From NCBI GenBank assembly GCA_022646745.1, contig CP060262.1:2910001-2942000 (forward strand): a stretch of 32,000 nucleotides of DNA. The letters run 5' to 3'. Under the pieces are notes generated by a model. That model ran no database searches and was not told the DNA's origin. It was given only the letters and a program-made list of their open reading frames with translations. Each line of letters opens with the position of its first letter. Within the stretch, counting starts at the first letter, position 1. Made by a program: the position numbers and the translations under genes. This DNA comes from Planctomycetales bacterium. Its GTDB lineage: Bacteria; 4484-113; JAFGCY01. Below, piece after piece: positions 1 through 6,497 of this stretch.

Positions 1-819
1 CAGCTCATCGTCGCCCGGTGTCCGCTTCGTGGCCTTGTTGACAACCTCCGCGAAGCCGCGGATCAGGTAGTCCATGCAATCCGTCCGGTAGACCGTACGC
101 ACATCCTGCTTGACCATGCTGAAGCGCTCCAGCCCGCCGCCGTAGTCCACGTTCTTGCTCGGCAGCTCACTGTCTGAGCCGCCTTCAGCGCGCTGGAACT
201 GCATGAACACGTCGTTGCCGATCTCTACAATCCGGCCGGAGTTGCTCAGTTCAATGAAGCGCTCGCGGTCCACCGGCTGGCCGTCAGGTGCGAAGTCCCA
301 GAAATACTCCGTGTCGTAGCCCCAGGGCCCGGTGTCACCGGCTGCCCAGCGGTTGTCAGCATCTCCGAGCCCGAACAGGCGTTCCGCCGGCCAGCCCATC
401 TCATCTAGCCACAGCCTGCGCGTTTCCTCATCCTTCTCGTGGTGCGTGATGTACAGCCGCGAAGTGTCGAGGTTCAGCCAGTCCCTGCTGGTCATCCATT
501 CGATTGTGTAGCGCATCGCATCGGCCTTGAAGTAGGCACCGAAGCTGAACTTACCGAGCATCTCAAAGAAGGTGTTATGGCGGTTGGTCTTGCCCACCTG
601 CTCGATGTCGATGGTGCGGATGCACTTCTGCGCATTGGTCGCCGTACTGGCGGGCGGCTTCTCCTGGCCCATGAAGTAGCGCTTCAGCGGAGCCATGCCT
701 GCGTTGATCAGCAGCAGCGTGGGGTCGGCCACGGGCACGACGGAGGCACTGGGCAGTTCCGTGTGGCCCTTCTGGCGGTAGAACTCAAGGAAGCTTTCGC
801 GTATCTCGTTGGACAGCAT
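1..819 (-). CDS. alaS: alanine--tRNA ligase, N-terminal part (gene continues beyond window start)
   Basis: Absent from the ORF track because it runs off the window edge. My translation of the reverse strand from ATG (complement of 817-819) gives MLSNEIRESFLEFYRQKGHTELPSASVVPVADPTLLLINAGMAPLKRYFMGQEKPP...NAQKCIRTIDIEQVGKTNRHNTFFEMLGKFSFGAYFK, the canonical AlaRS N-terminal catalytic-core motifs. The frame stays open to position 1. Confidence 0.9.
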   Translation of the reverse strand, partial: MLSNEIRESFLEFYRQKGHTELPSASVVPVADPTLLLINAGMAPLKRYFMGQEKPPASTATNAQKCIRTIDIEQVGKTNRHNTFFEMLGKFSFGAYFKADAMRYTIEWMTSRDWLNLDTSRLYITHHEKDEETRRLWLDEMGWPAERLFGLGDADNRWAAGDTGPWGYDTEYFWDFAPDGQPVDRERFIELSNSGRIVEIGNDVFMQFQRAEGGSDSELPSKNVDYGGGLERFSMVKQDVRTVYRTDCMDYLIRGFAEVVNKATKRTPGDDEL

Positions 820-907
820 AAGGCCGATATTATACGGTGCACAGGCTCAGGCTGCAGCGGCCGGGCAGGCTGGCAGCACCCGGCGGCTGGCCCATGCGGC
901 TCTGCCA

Positions 908-913
908 TATAAT
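908..913 (+). promoter_or_regulatory. -10 hexamer TATAAT, 6 nt upstream of the proposed lpxB GTG start (possible leaderless transcript)
   Basis: Perfect TATAAT at 908-913, then cgctgc, then GTG at 920. No Shine-Dalgarno motif in between. Confidence 0.35.
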
Positions 914-919
914 CGCTGC

Positions 920-2170
920 GTGCCGGATCCCACTTCCAGCAGCCAGCCGCGCATCTTCTTCTCCACCGGAGAACTGTCCGGGGAGATGCATGCCGCGCAC
1001 CTGCTGCTGCATATCCAGCAGGTCCGGCAGGCAGCGGGCCTGCCCCCGGTGATTGCGGAGGCTAACGGGTCCGCAAAACTGCGGGCGGCAGGGGCATCGA
1101 TCGTGAACGATGTAGCCACCTGGAGCGAACTCGGCATCATCCGCAATCTGTTCAAGGCGGCTTTCTTCTCGCAGGTGGTGCAGCGCACCTTGCAGCACAT
1201 CCTGGCCGGCGGTTTCGACATGGTTGTGCTGGTTGACAACCGCTTCCTGAACCTGAACCTAGCCAGGCTGCTACGGCAGCGTGGCTTCAGCGGGAAGATC
1301 GTTTATTACGTATCACCGGTGCGCTGGGAAAGCTGCTATGACCCGGCGGAGCTGCAGCGCAGCCTGCAGAACCCGCGCTTCGCGATGATCCGGCAGTACT
1401 GCGACCTGGCGATCCCGATCTACCCAGTCAGCCTCGATGCCTACCTGCAACTCGGCATCCCGCATGTCTATCCCGGCCATCCGATCTGCCAGCTGGCCCG
1501 CCCGGTGCTGGACGATGCATCCTTCCAGCAGCTGATCGGGGAAGACACTGAGAGCCTGGCCAATTCCCTGATCGTCGGGGTGATGCCCGGCAGCCGCCGC
1601 GGGGAGATTGCCGACATTGCACCGGAGGTATTCCGAGCGGTGGCCCTGCTGCAGGAGGCCTGCCGTGAGGCCCCGGACCTGCCACGCATCATCGCGCTGG
1701 CTCCCGTGGCCCATCCCGAGCTGCGCCAGGCGATGCTTGATGCCGCGCGCAAGGGCGGGCTGGAGGAGCTGACGCTCGTTGACAGCGAGTACCGCTACGA
1801 CATGATGACCCGCAGCGCGCTGATGATCGTCAAGAGCGGCACCGGGCTGCATGAATGCATGATCCTCGGTATCCCGGCAGTGATGTGCTACCGCGTGCAT
1901 CCTGCACTGGCCTGGATCGGACGCCACCTGATGAAGTTCTCGATGCCGTTCTACGGCTTCCCGAACCTGCTTGCCAACCGGGCTGTCGTGCCTGAGCTGA
2001 TCCAGGAGGACTGCAACCACAGGAAGATCGTGGAGCTTGCCAGCAGCCTGCTGTTCGAGCCGGGCGAGCGCGAAACGATGCTCAGGGAGTTTGATGCGCT
2101 GCGGGAACTGGTCTGCAAGCCTGACCCGTTGGGCACGGCCGCAAGGGCAGTCAACGATCTGCTGGGTTGA
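920..2170 (+). CDS. lpxB: lipid-A-disaccharide synthase
   Basis: Track ORF 809-2170. RIFFSTGELSGEMHAAHLL matches the LpxB N-terminal G-E-x-S-G-D/E motif. MPGSRRGEI, KSGTGLHECMILGIPAVMCYRV and FPNLLANRAVVPELIQEDC match conserved LpxB blocks. The TTG at 809 would overlap the divergent alaS start, so an in-frame GTG at 920 is proposed (416 aa, typical length). The start remains uncertain. Confidence 0.85.
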   Translation: MPDPTSSSQPRIFFSTGELSGEMHAAHLLLHIQQVRQAAGLPPVIAEANGSAKLRAAGASIVNDVATWSELGIIRNLFKAAFFSQVVQRTLQHILAGGFDMVVLVDNRFLNLNLARLLRQRGFSGKIVYYVSPVRWESCYDPAELQRSLQNPRFAMIRQYCDLAIPIYPVSLDAYLQLGIPHVYPGHPICQLARPVLDDASFQQLIGEDTESLANSLIVGVMPGSRRGEIADIAPEVFRAVALLQEACREAPDLPRIIALAPVAHPELRQAMLDAARKGGLEELTLVDSEYRYDMMTRSALMIVKSGTGLHECMILGIPAVMCYRVHPALAWIGRHLMKFSMPFYGFPNLLANRAVVPELIQEDCNHRKIVELASSLLFEPGERETMLREFDALRELVCKPDPLGTAARAVNDLLG

Positions 2171-2176
2171 TGCAGC

Positions 2177-2800
2177 CTAGATCGGCGGGGCTTCCTTCTT
2201 CTGCTCCGCTACGGATTCACCTAATGCCTTGCCCGTCTGGACAGCGATGGAATTGCAGATGGACACTCCGCTTTCCTCGTCAAGGTTGAAAACTGCCGTG
2301 ATGCGCAGGCGCATGCCATCCAGCGACTGCTCCTCCCAGATCAGGGTGTCAGTCCGCTCCGTATCAGCAGGCCCGAGCTTCTGCACGAAGTCCGACTTGA
2401 GGGAGCCGATGCTGCAGCCGGCCGCCGGTTTCACCATGAAGGGCGGGTCGTAGACCACTTCGTCCTTTGATTCCGGCACCCGGCGGATGCACAGGATGCG
2501 GGTCAGCTTGTCATCGGTGAAGGTCAGGCGCAGCTGGCTGTCGCCCAGTGCGTGGGCGTCAGTCGCCTCGGGGGTCCAGATCAGGTCGGTGGACAGCTTG
2601 TTGCGAGCCGCAATTTCAAAGTTGGCGGTTCCAAGAGTGGCCTCAACGTTTTCCCTGCTGGAATCCAGCACGATGCCAATGCCCCAGTTGCTGGCCATCA
2701 GGTCAAGGTACTCACTGGACTCCTCGGCTTCCTTCTTGCAGGAAGCCAGCAGGAGCAGGAGTGCGATTGCGAAGCTGCTGATTGTCAGGAATCTGCTCAT
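2177..2800 (-). CDS. hypothetical lipoprotein
   Basis: Track ORF 2177-2833. Internal ATG at 2800 gives MSRFLTISSFAIALLLLLASCKKE, a signal peptide plus lipobox L-A-S-C. No recognised family. Confidence 0.6.
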   Translation of the reverse strand: MSRFLTISSFAIALLLLLASCKKEAEESSEYLDLMASNWGIGIVLDSSRENVEATLGTANFEIAARNKLSTDLIWTPEATDAHALGDSQLRLTFTDDKLTRILCIRRVPESKDEVVYDPPFMVKPAAGCSIGSLKSDFVQKLGPADTERTDTLIWEEQSLDGMRLRITAVFNLDEESGVSICNSIAVQTGKALGESVAEQKKEAPPI

Positions 2801-2922
2801 CTCAGGGCGGCCCGCGGGCCTTCCTCCTCGCAAAAAGTATAGCCTAGCAGCCCAGCCACCTGAATCCGCGCGGGACGGTGCTAAGATTTAGTCCCTTCAA
2901 ACATCCGTTAGAGGTGAAAGAA

Positions 2923-3849
2923 ATGAGTCGTGTAGCAATCGTGGGTGGAGCCGGACGCGTGGGCGTGAGCTTTGCCTTTGACCTGCTCAAGGAAGGCATC
3001 TGCCACGAACTTGTCCTGATCGATATCCTCGAGGATCCGGTCCAGGGCGAACGGCTTGACCTGATGCATTCCACATCATGCCTGAGCAACACCCGCATCA
3101 TCGCGGGCACAGACCCCAAGCTGCTTGCCGGCGCGGACATCGTGGTGATTCCGGCCGGTGCGCGCCGCAAGGCAGACCAGTCCCGCCTGGACCTGGTCCG
3201 CACCAACTTCAGCATCGTTGACAAGTGGATGCAGACCCTCAACGAGGTCAATCCCGACGCCATCGTGCTCATCGTCGTCAACCCTGTGGACGTGCTGACC
3301 TACCGCGCCTACCTGATGGGTTCCAAGAACCGCCAGAAGGTGTTCGGCCTCGGCAACGTGATGGACACCGTCCGCTTCCGCAGCATCATCGCTGAGAAGT
3401 ACGGCTGGGACCCGCGCCAGATGAACGCCTACCTGCTCGGCGAGCACGGCGACAGTATGGTGCCGGTCTGGAGCCAGGCCAACTACGCCGGCATGCTGCT
3501 TGACGACATCAACTGCACCGACCGTGAGACCCTCGAAGCCTGCTACGCGGAAACCCGCAAGGCCGGCGCCGAGGTAATCCGCCTGAAGGGCGGCGCGGGC
3601 TGGGCCGTCGGTGTGAGCTGCACCGAAGTGGTGCGCAGCATCATCCTGGACGAGAAGCGCGTGCTCTGCGTGAGCAGCGTGCCCGACGGTTCTTACGGCA
3701 TTGAAGGCAACGTGGCCCTTTCCCTGCCGACCATCATCGGCCGCAACGGCATCGAGGGCTACCTCGATGTGAAGCTGTCCGATGAGGAGCTCGAGGGAGT
3801 GAAGAAGAGCGCGGATGTTCTCCGTGCAACCTACGCGGAAATCGGTTAG
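2923..3849 (+). CDS. mdh: malate dehydrogenase (LDH-like MDH family)
   Basis: MSRVAIVGGAGRVGVSFAF Rossmann motif. AGARRKADQSRLDL has Arg where LDHs carry Gln102, which indicates MDH specificity. LGEHGDS catalytic His block present. GAGGTG RBS lies 6 nt upstream of ATG 2923. Confidence 0.9.
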   Translation: MSRVAIVGGAGRVGVSFAFDLLKEGICHELVLIDILEDPVQGERLDLMHSTSCLSNTRIIAGTDPKLLAGADIVVIPAGARRKADQSRLDLVRTNFSIVDKWMQTLNEVNPDAIVLIVVNPVDVLTYRAYLMGSKNRQKVFGLGNVMDTVRFRSIIAEKYGWDPRQMNAYLLGEHGDSMVPVWSQANYAGMLLDDINCTDRETLEACYAETRKAGAEVIRLKGGAGWAVGVSCTEVVRSIILDEKRVLCVSSVPDGSYGIEGNVALSLPTIIGRNGIEGYLDVKLSDEELEGVKKSADVLRATYAEIG

Positions 3850-3892
3850 GCGAATTGCCTGTCCTTTTTATGGACACGACTGCAGATTGCAG

Positions 3893-3927
3893 GACCGGGC
3901 TGCCCACGGGTGGCCCGGTTTTTTTTC
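3893..3927 (+). terminator. rho-independent terminator of mdh
   Basis: Stem CCGGGC (3895-3900) / GCCCGG (3913-3918), 12-nt loop, followed by T8 (3919-3926). Confidence 0.75.
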
Positions 3928-3928
3928 A

Positions 3929-4050
3929 AGCAATGAGTAATGAAGAGTGAGCAATGATTGTTTCATGGCCGGGAGTTCACTTCGATATCTCATTGGCTCA
4001 TTGCTCATCACTCATTCTTCATTGCTCATTGCTCCCTTACTGATTACTCT
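3929..4050. repeat. long imperfect inverted repeat built from 7-nt periodic units (NAATGAG x4 on the left arm, GCTCATT-like x6-7 on the right arm)
   Basis: Left arm is caatgag|taatgaa|gagtgag|caatgat. Right arm has tcat recurring at spacings 8,7,7,7,7 (ctcattg gctcatt gctcatc actcatt cttcatt gctcatt). The reverse complement of the right arm matches agcaatgag[t/c]aatgaaga[g/a]tgag of the left arm. Confidence 0.6.
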
Positions 4051-4375
4051 AATTCGCACCGCCTGTTTAAACCGCCGATATTGTTTGACCGATGCTTGAC
4101 GCCTGCTTCACTGCATTCGGAGTTTAGACCCCCTCGGCACGGGTATCCTGATGTTGTCAGCGCAGCAGGTTCTGGCAAGCCCGCCCCAGGGCAGGGCCGA
4201 GCCGGTTCCTCCTGCCCTGGCCGGACGACGCACAACTGGCCGTTGCCAATGGCGACGGCAACCCGCTCCCGCAATGGGGGGAGCCCCGACGCTGTCTGTG
4301 ACACTGCGTTGTATCGGTTCGTATCTTGTCTGGGTACGTTCCAGGAATGGAAGGATGGCCCCGGTATCGCCGGGG

Positions 4376-4422
4376 CTGTCTGCTTTCTCAGGGACCAGGT
4401 AGCAGAAAGCAGGTAGCAGGTA
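4376..4422. repeat. heptamer-periodic hairpin element (CTGCTTTCT / AGAAAGCAG stem; cagNNNN x5)
   Basis: gctgtct|gctttct|cagggac|caggtag|cagaaag|caggtag|caggtat. 9-bp stem ctgctttct / agaaagcag. Contains GTCTGCTTTC (4378-4387), shared with the loci at 5720 and 26738. Confidence 0.5.
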
Positions 4423-4708
4423 TGGAGCTGCGAGCGCGCTGCCACGTGCTTGTCGCACAAAATACTGAAAACAAGGCTTGGTTGGAAGTACACACTGAAT
4501 CGGAATTCCAATGCGCGCAAATGTTGAACGAACTTCGCCCAGGCCGTCCCCGTTTTTCCGTTTCGCCTTTCTTCCTCCAGAACCTGGAGTCCTGCTGGGT
4601 TCTCCAGGATGTTGTCAGAATCACTTCTGACGGTCCCTGCCGGTCTACACCGGTTTTCCCGTTTGCCCGGTTCCACCGGGATTGTCATCGGGCAGTAGAA
4701 ACTGCCGG

Positions 4709-4738
4709 CAGTTCCCCCGCGCTTGCGGGGATGTGGCG
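4709..4738 (+). repeat. single type I-E-like CRISPR repeat look-alike (orphan, no array)
   Basis: cAGTTCCCCCGCGCTTGCGGGGATgtggcg resembles the E. coli I-E repeat GAGTTCCCCGCGCCAGCGGGGATAAACCG. Stem CCCCGC (4715-4720) / GCGGGG (4725-4730). Only one clear copy and no cas genes in the window. Confidence 0.3.
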
Positions 4739-5003
4739 CTGGACAGTTTGCCTGTCACATGGGCATGTTTCAGCCCAGTTCGTCCAGAGGCGGGCCAGTC
4801 CGCCACACTACCCTTGGGACACCGTCCCTGAATTGCGAAGTGGTATGTGGGAAAGGTGATCCACTCCGCTGGCATCGATGCAATTGCTTAAGCATTCCTA
4901 TTATCCTTATCAGGCGTAAAGTGTCAAGGAATAGCAATGTTAATTTATAGATCAGACATGCTTGAGGAGGTGAAAATGATAGAATGCCCTCTGGGGAGAA
5001 GCA

Positions 5004-5651
5004 ATGACAGTTAAGAAACTCAAGATTCTCAACATGCTTTGTGTAGCAACATTTGCGTTGCTTATTTTCAGTTTGAATATTGTTTCCTGTAAACAAGATT
5101 CTGACAATACTGGATCCGGTGCAAGAGTTAGCGAAGTTTCCACAGCAAATAGCAATTCCACAACTTCACAGTCAGAATCAGATGAACAATCAGGCAATCA
5201 GAGAATAACATTGCCAGCAAACTGGCCATACCCGAGCATCAAGCCACCTTCGGATGCAAGATTGGTATCTAATGATTATCTTAAGGACTTTGATCCGAAT
5301 AGTAATGGGTCACTGATTGACATTGTCAGTGATAGTGAAGATCCGAATGCTGCCCCATCTGAGAAAGTGCGCATCTGTGCAATATCATTTGCGTCGTCAA
5401 AGTCATTTCTGGAAATTTATGAAGAGGTGAAGCTTGCCACAAGCAGCATGGAAGTTTCCGAAATGACCTATCCCTCCGGAATGAATCCTGGTAAGGACGG
5501 ATTTGAACAGGCAATCTGGCATAGCAATGTTTCCAGAAATCAGATTCACCTTTTCACCGCTGAACAGAACTCAGTCAAGAGCACAATTCTCATGTTGTTC
5601 TTGGAAGAGAAGCCGAATAAAGCTTCGATAGAGAACTCAGACGCAGAGTAG
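5004..5651 (+). CDS. hypothetical lipoprotein encoded in a low-GC islet
   Basis: MTVKKLKILNMLCVATFALLIFSLNIVSCKQDSDN is a signal peptide plus lipobox I-V-S-C. GGAG lies 5 nt upstream of the ATG. A sampled 60-nt line (5041-5100) is ~32% GC, against ~70% in core genes. Confidence 0.65.
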   Translation: MTVKKLKILNMLCVATFALLIFSLNIVSCKQDSDNTGSGARVSEVSTANSNSTTSQSESDEQSGNQRITLPANWPYPSIKPPSDARLVSNDYLKDFDPNSNGSLIDIVSDSEDPNAAPSEKVRICAISFASSKSFLEIYEEVKLATSSMEVSEMTYPSGMNPGKDGFEQAIWHSNVSRNQIHLFTAEQNSVKSTILMLFLEEKPNKASIENSDAE

Positions 5652-5714
5652 CTAATGCTTTCGTTGTGCGACAACCACCCAGTAGCGTGGTCGCATCTTC
5701 GACGGCAAGAGGCC

Positions 5715-5747
5715 GCAGAGTCTGCTTTCAGCACTCTGCCAGCTGCC
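5715..5747. repeat. hairpin element of the GTCTGCTTTC family between convergent genes
   Basis: Stem GCAGAGT (5715-5721) / ACTCTGC (5733-5739). ctgc recurs with 7-nt periodicity (ctgcttt cagcact ctgccag ctgccaa). No T-run, so it is not a canonical intrinsic terminator. Confidence 0.45.
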
Positions 5748-5749
5748 AA

Positions 5750-6463
5750 CTATCCCCGTCGCCAGATTCCCATCGGTGTGCATTCATTGCCCTGGCCCAG
5801 CGGGTTGTCAGTCAGGCAGTTCTCCAGCAGCTTCTCGTCATTGCGGGACAGGGTGCTGCCGATGCACCAGGGGTGGAAGATGTCATTCACGTCCACGATT
5901 GCGCAATCCATACCGGTCTGCTGCTTCAGCTTCTGGCAGGTGCCGCGCGGGTCAGCCGGTCCGGGGATCACGCACTCGTAGAACTCGGGGATGCCCATCG
6001 TGTGCTCGGCGTCCATCATCTTGGCCTGGATGCCGGCAGCGGCATAGAACCAGCCGGTCTTGCCGAACAGCCGGCCGAACACATGCCAGACGCAGCCGGC
6101 GATGATGCGGTGCAGGCCGGACAGCTCGATGGCGTATTGCATCGCGTAGGGGCTTCTCAGTCCGACGCCGTATGGAGACTTGGTGACCAGCGTGGACAGT
6201 TTGCGCGCGATGGGCGTGGGGTGGATCTTGCGGTAGTCCCGGGCCCGGCCCTGCATGATGCTGACCCCGGTCTCGGCAAGGAACACCACATCGCCTGCCT
6301 GCCAGTGTGGTTTTACATACTGGTCAAGGACCGCGGCCGGGTCGTCCTTTTCCGTTAAAATATGTGTACGAATCGGAATGCGCGTGTACTGCTTTCCCTC
6401 GAATTCGAGGCTGAGGCTCTGCGGGCCGGTAACGCCACCCTGATCATTATCAACATGTGTCAT
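5750..6463 (-). CDS. CofE-like protein (F420-0:gamma-glutamyl ligase family domain)
   Basis: Track ORF 5750-6652, trimmed to ATG at 6463 (MTHVDNDQGG...). GDVVFLAETGVSIMQGRA, IPGPADPRGTCQKLKQQTG, CAIVDVNDI and NPLGQGNECTPMGIWRR parallel the CofE blocks GDVLVV..ISKAEGR, LPPLDPDGSA..L, VIITDTNGR and GEGGDGIPAVVVRG, recalled from memory. Confidence 0.55.
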   Translation of the reverse strand: MTHVDNDQGGVTGPQSLSLEFEGKQYTRIPIRTHILTEKDDPAAVLDQYVKPHWQAGDVVFLAETGVSIMQGRARDYRKIHPTPIARKLSTLVTKSPYGVGLRSPYAMQYAIELSGLHRIIAGCVWHVFGRLFGKTGWFYAAAGIQAKMMDAEHTMGIPEFYECVIPGPADPRGTCQKLKQQTGMDCAIVDVNDIFHPWCIGSTLSRNDEKLLENCLTDNPLGQGNECTPMGIWRRG

Positions 6464-6478
6464 CTGGAATCGCCAGTC

Positions 6479-6484
6479 TATAAT
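6479..6484 (+). promoter_or_regulatory. -10 hexamer TATAAT in the 34-nt divergent spacer, 13 nt upstream of the AroE-like ATG
   Basis: gtcTATAATatgcgctcggtcaATG. No SD motif. The complementary strand reads TATTAT and could serve the divergent CofE-like gene. Confidence 0.35.
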
Positions 6485-6497
6485 ATGCGCTCGGTCA

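Noticed and set aside
809-919. TTG-initiated N-terminal extension of lpxB (MDSIRPILYGAQAQAAAAG...)
   Set aside because: It would overlap the divergent alaS start codon and leave no promoter space. The extension is Ala/Gly low complexity and precedes the conserved LpxB N-terminus, so GTG 920 is preferred, though not proven.
4150-4162. Repeated 12-mer (g)gatgttgtcag at about 4150, 4607 and 25046
   Set aside because: One copy is inside the peptidase coding sequence and the flanks are unrelated. This is most simply a chance recurrence, and I could not build a consistent element around it.
4388-4422. SRP (4.5S) RNA-like string accagg...agcag
   Set aside because: It lacks the conserved GGAA tetraloop and the symmetric-loop sequence of SRP helix 8. 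The same motif recurs at 26688-26770, so it belongs to the heptamer repeat family.
4590-4800. Possible CRISPR array around the I-E-like repeat
   Set aside because: There is only one convincing repeat copy. The neighbouring look-alikes are weak (about 11/25 identities by hand for one candidate) and irregularly spaced, and no cas genes are present. It is reported only as an orphan repeat look-alike.
3958-4875. Track ORFs within the gene-free region (3958-4416, 4044-4688, 4108-4458, 4326-4859, 4388-4624, 4645-4875)
   Set aside because: They overlap one another in several frames. Their translations are rich in Arg/Pro/Cys/Trp with no motifs, no RBS and no coherent hydrophobic pattern. The region is treated as non-coding.
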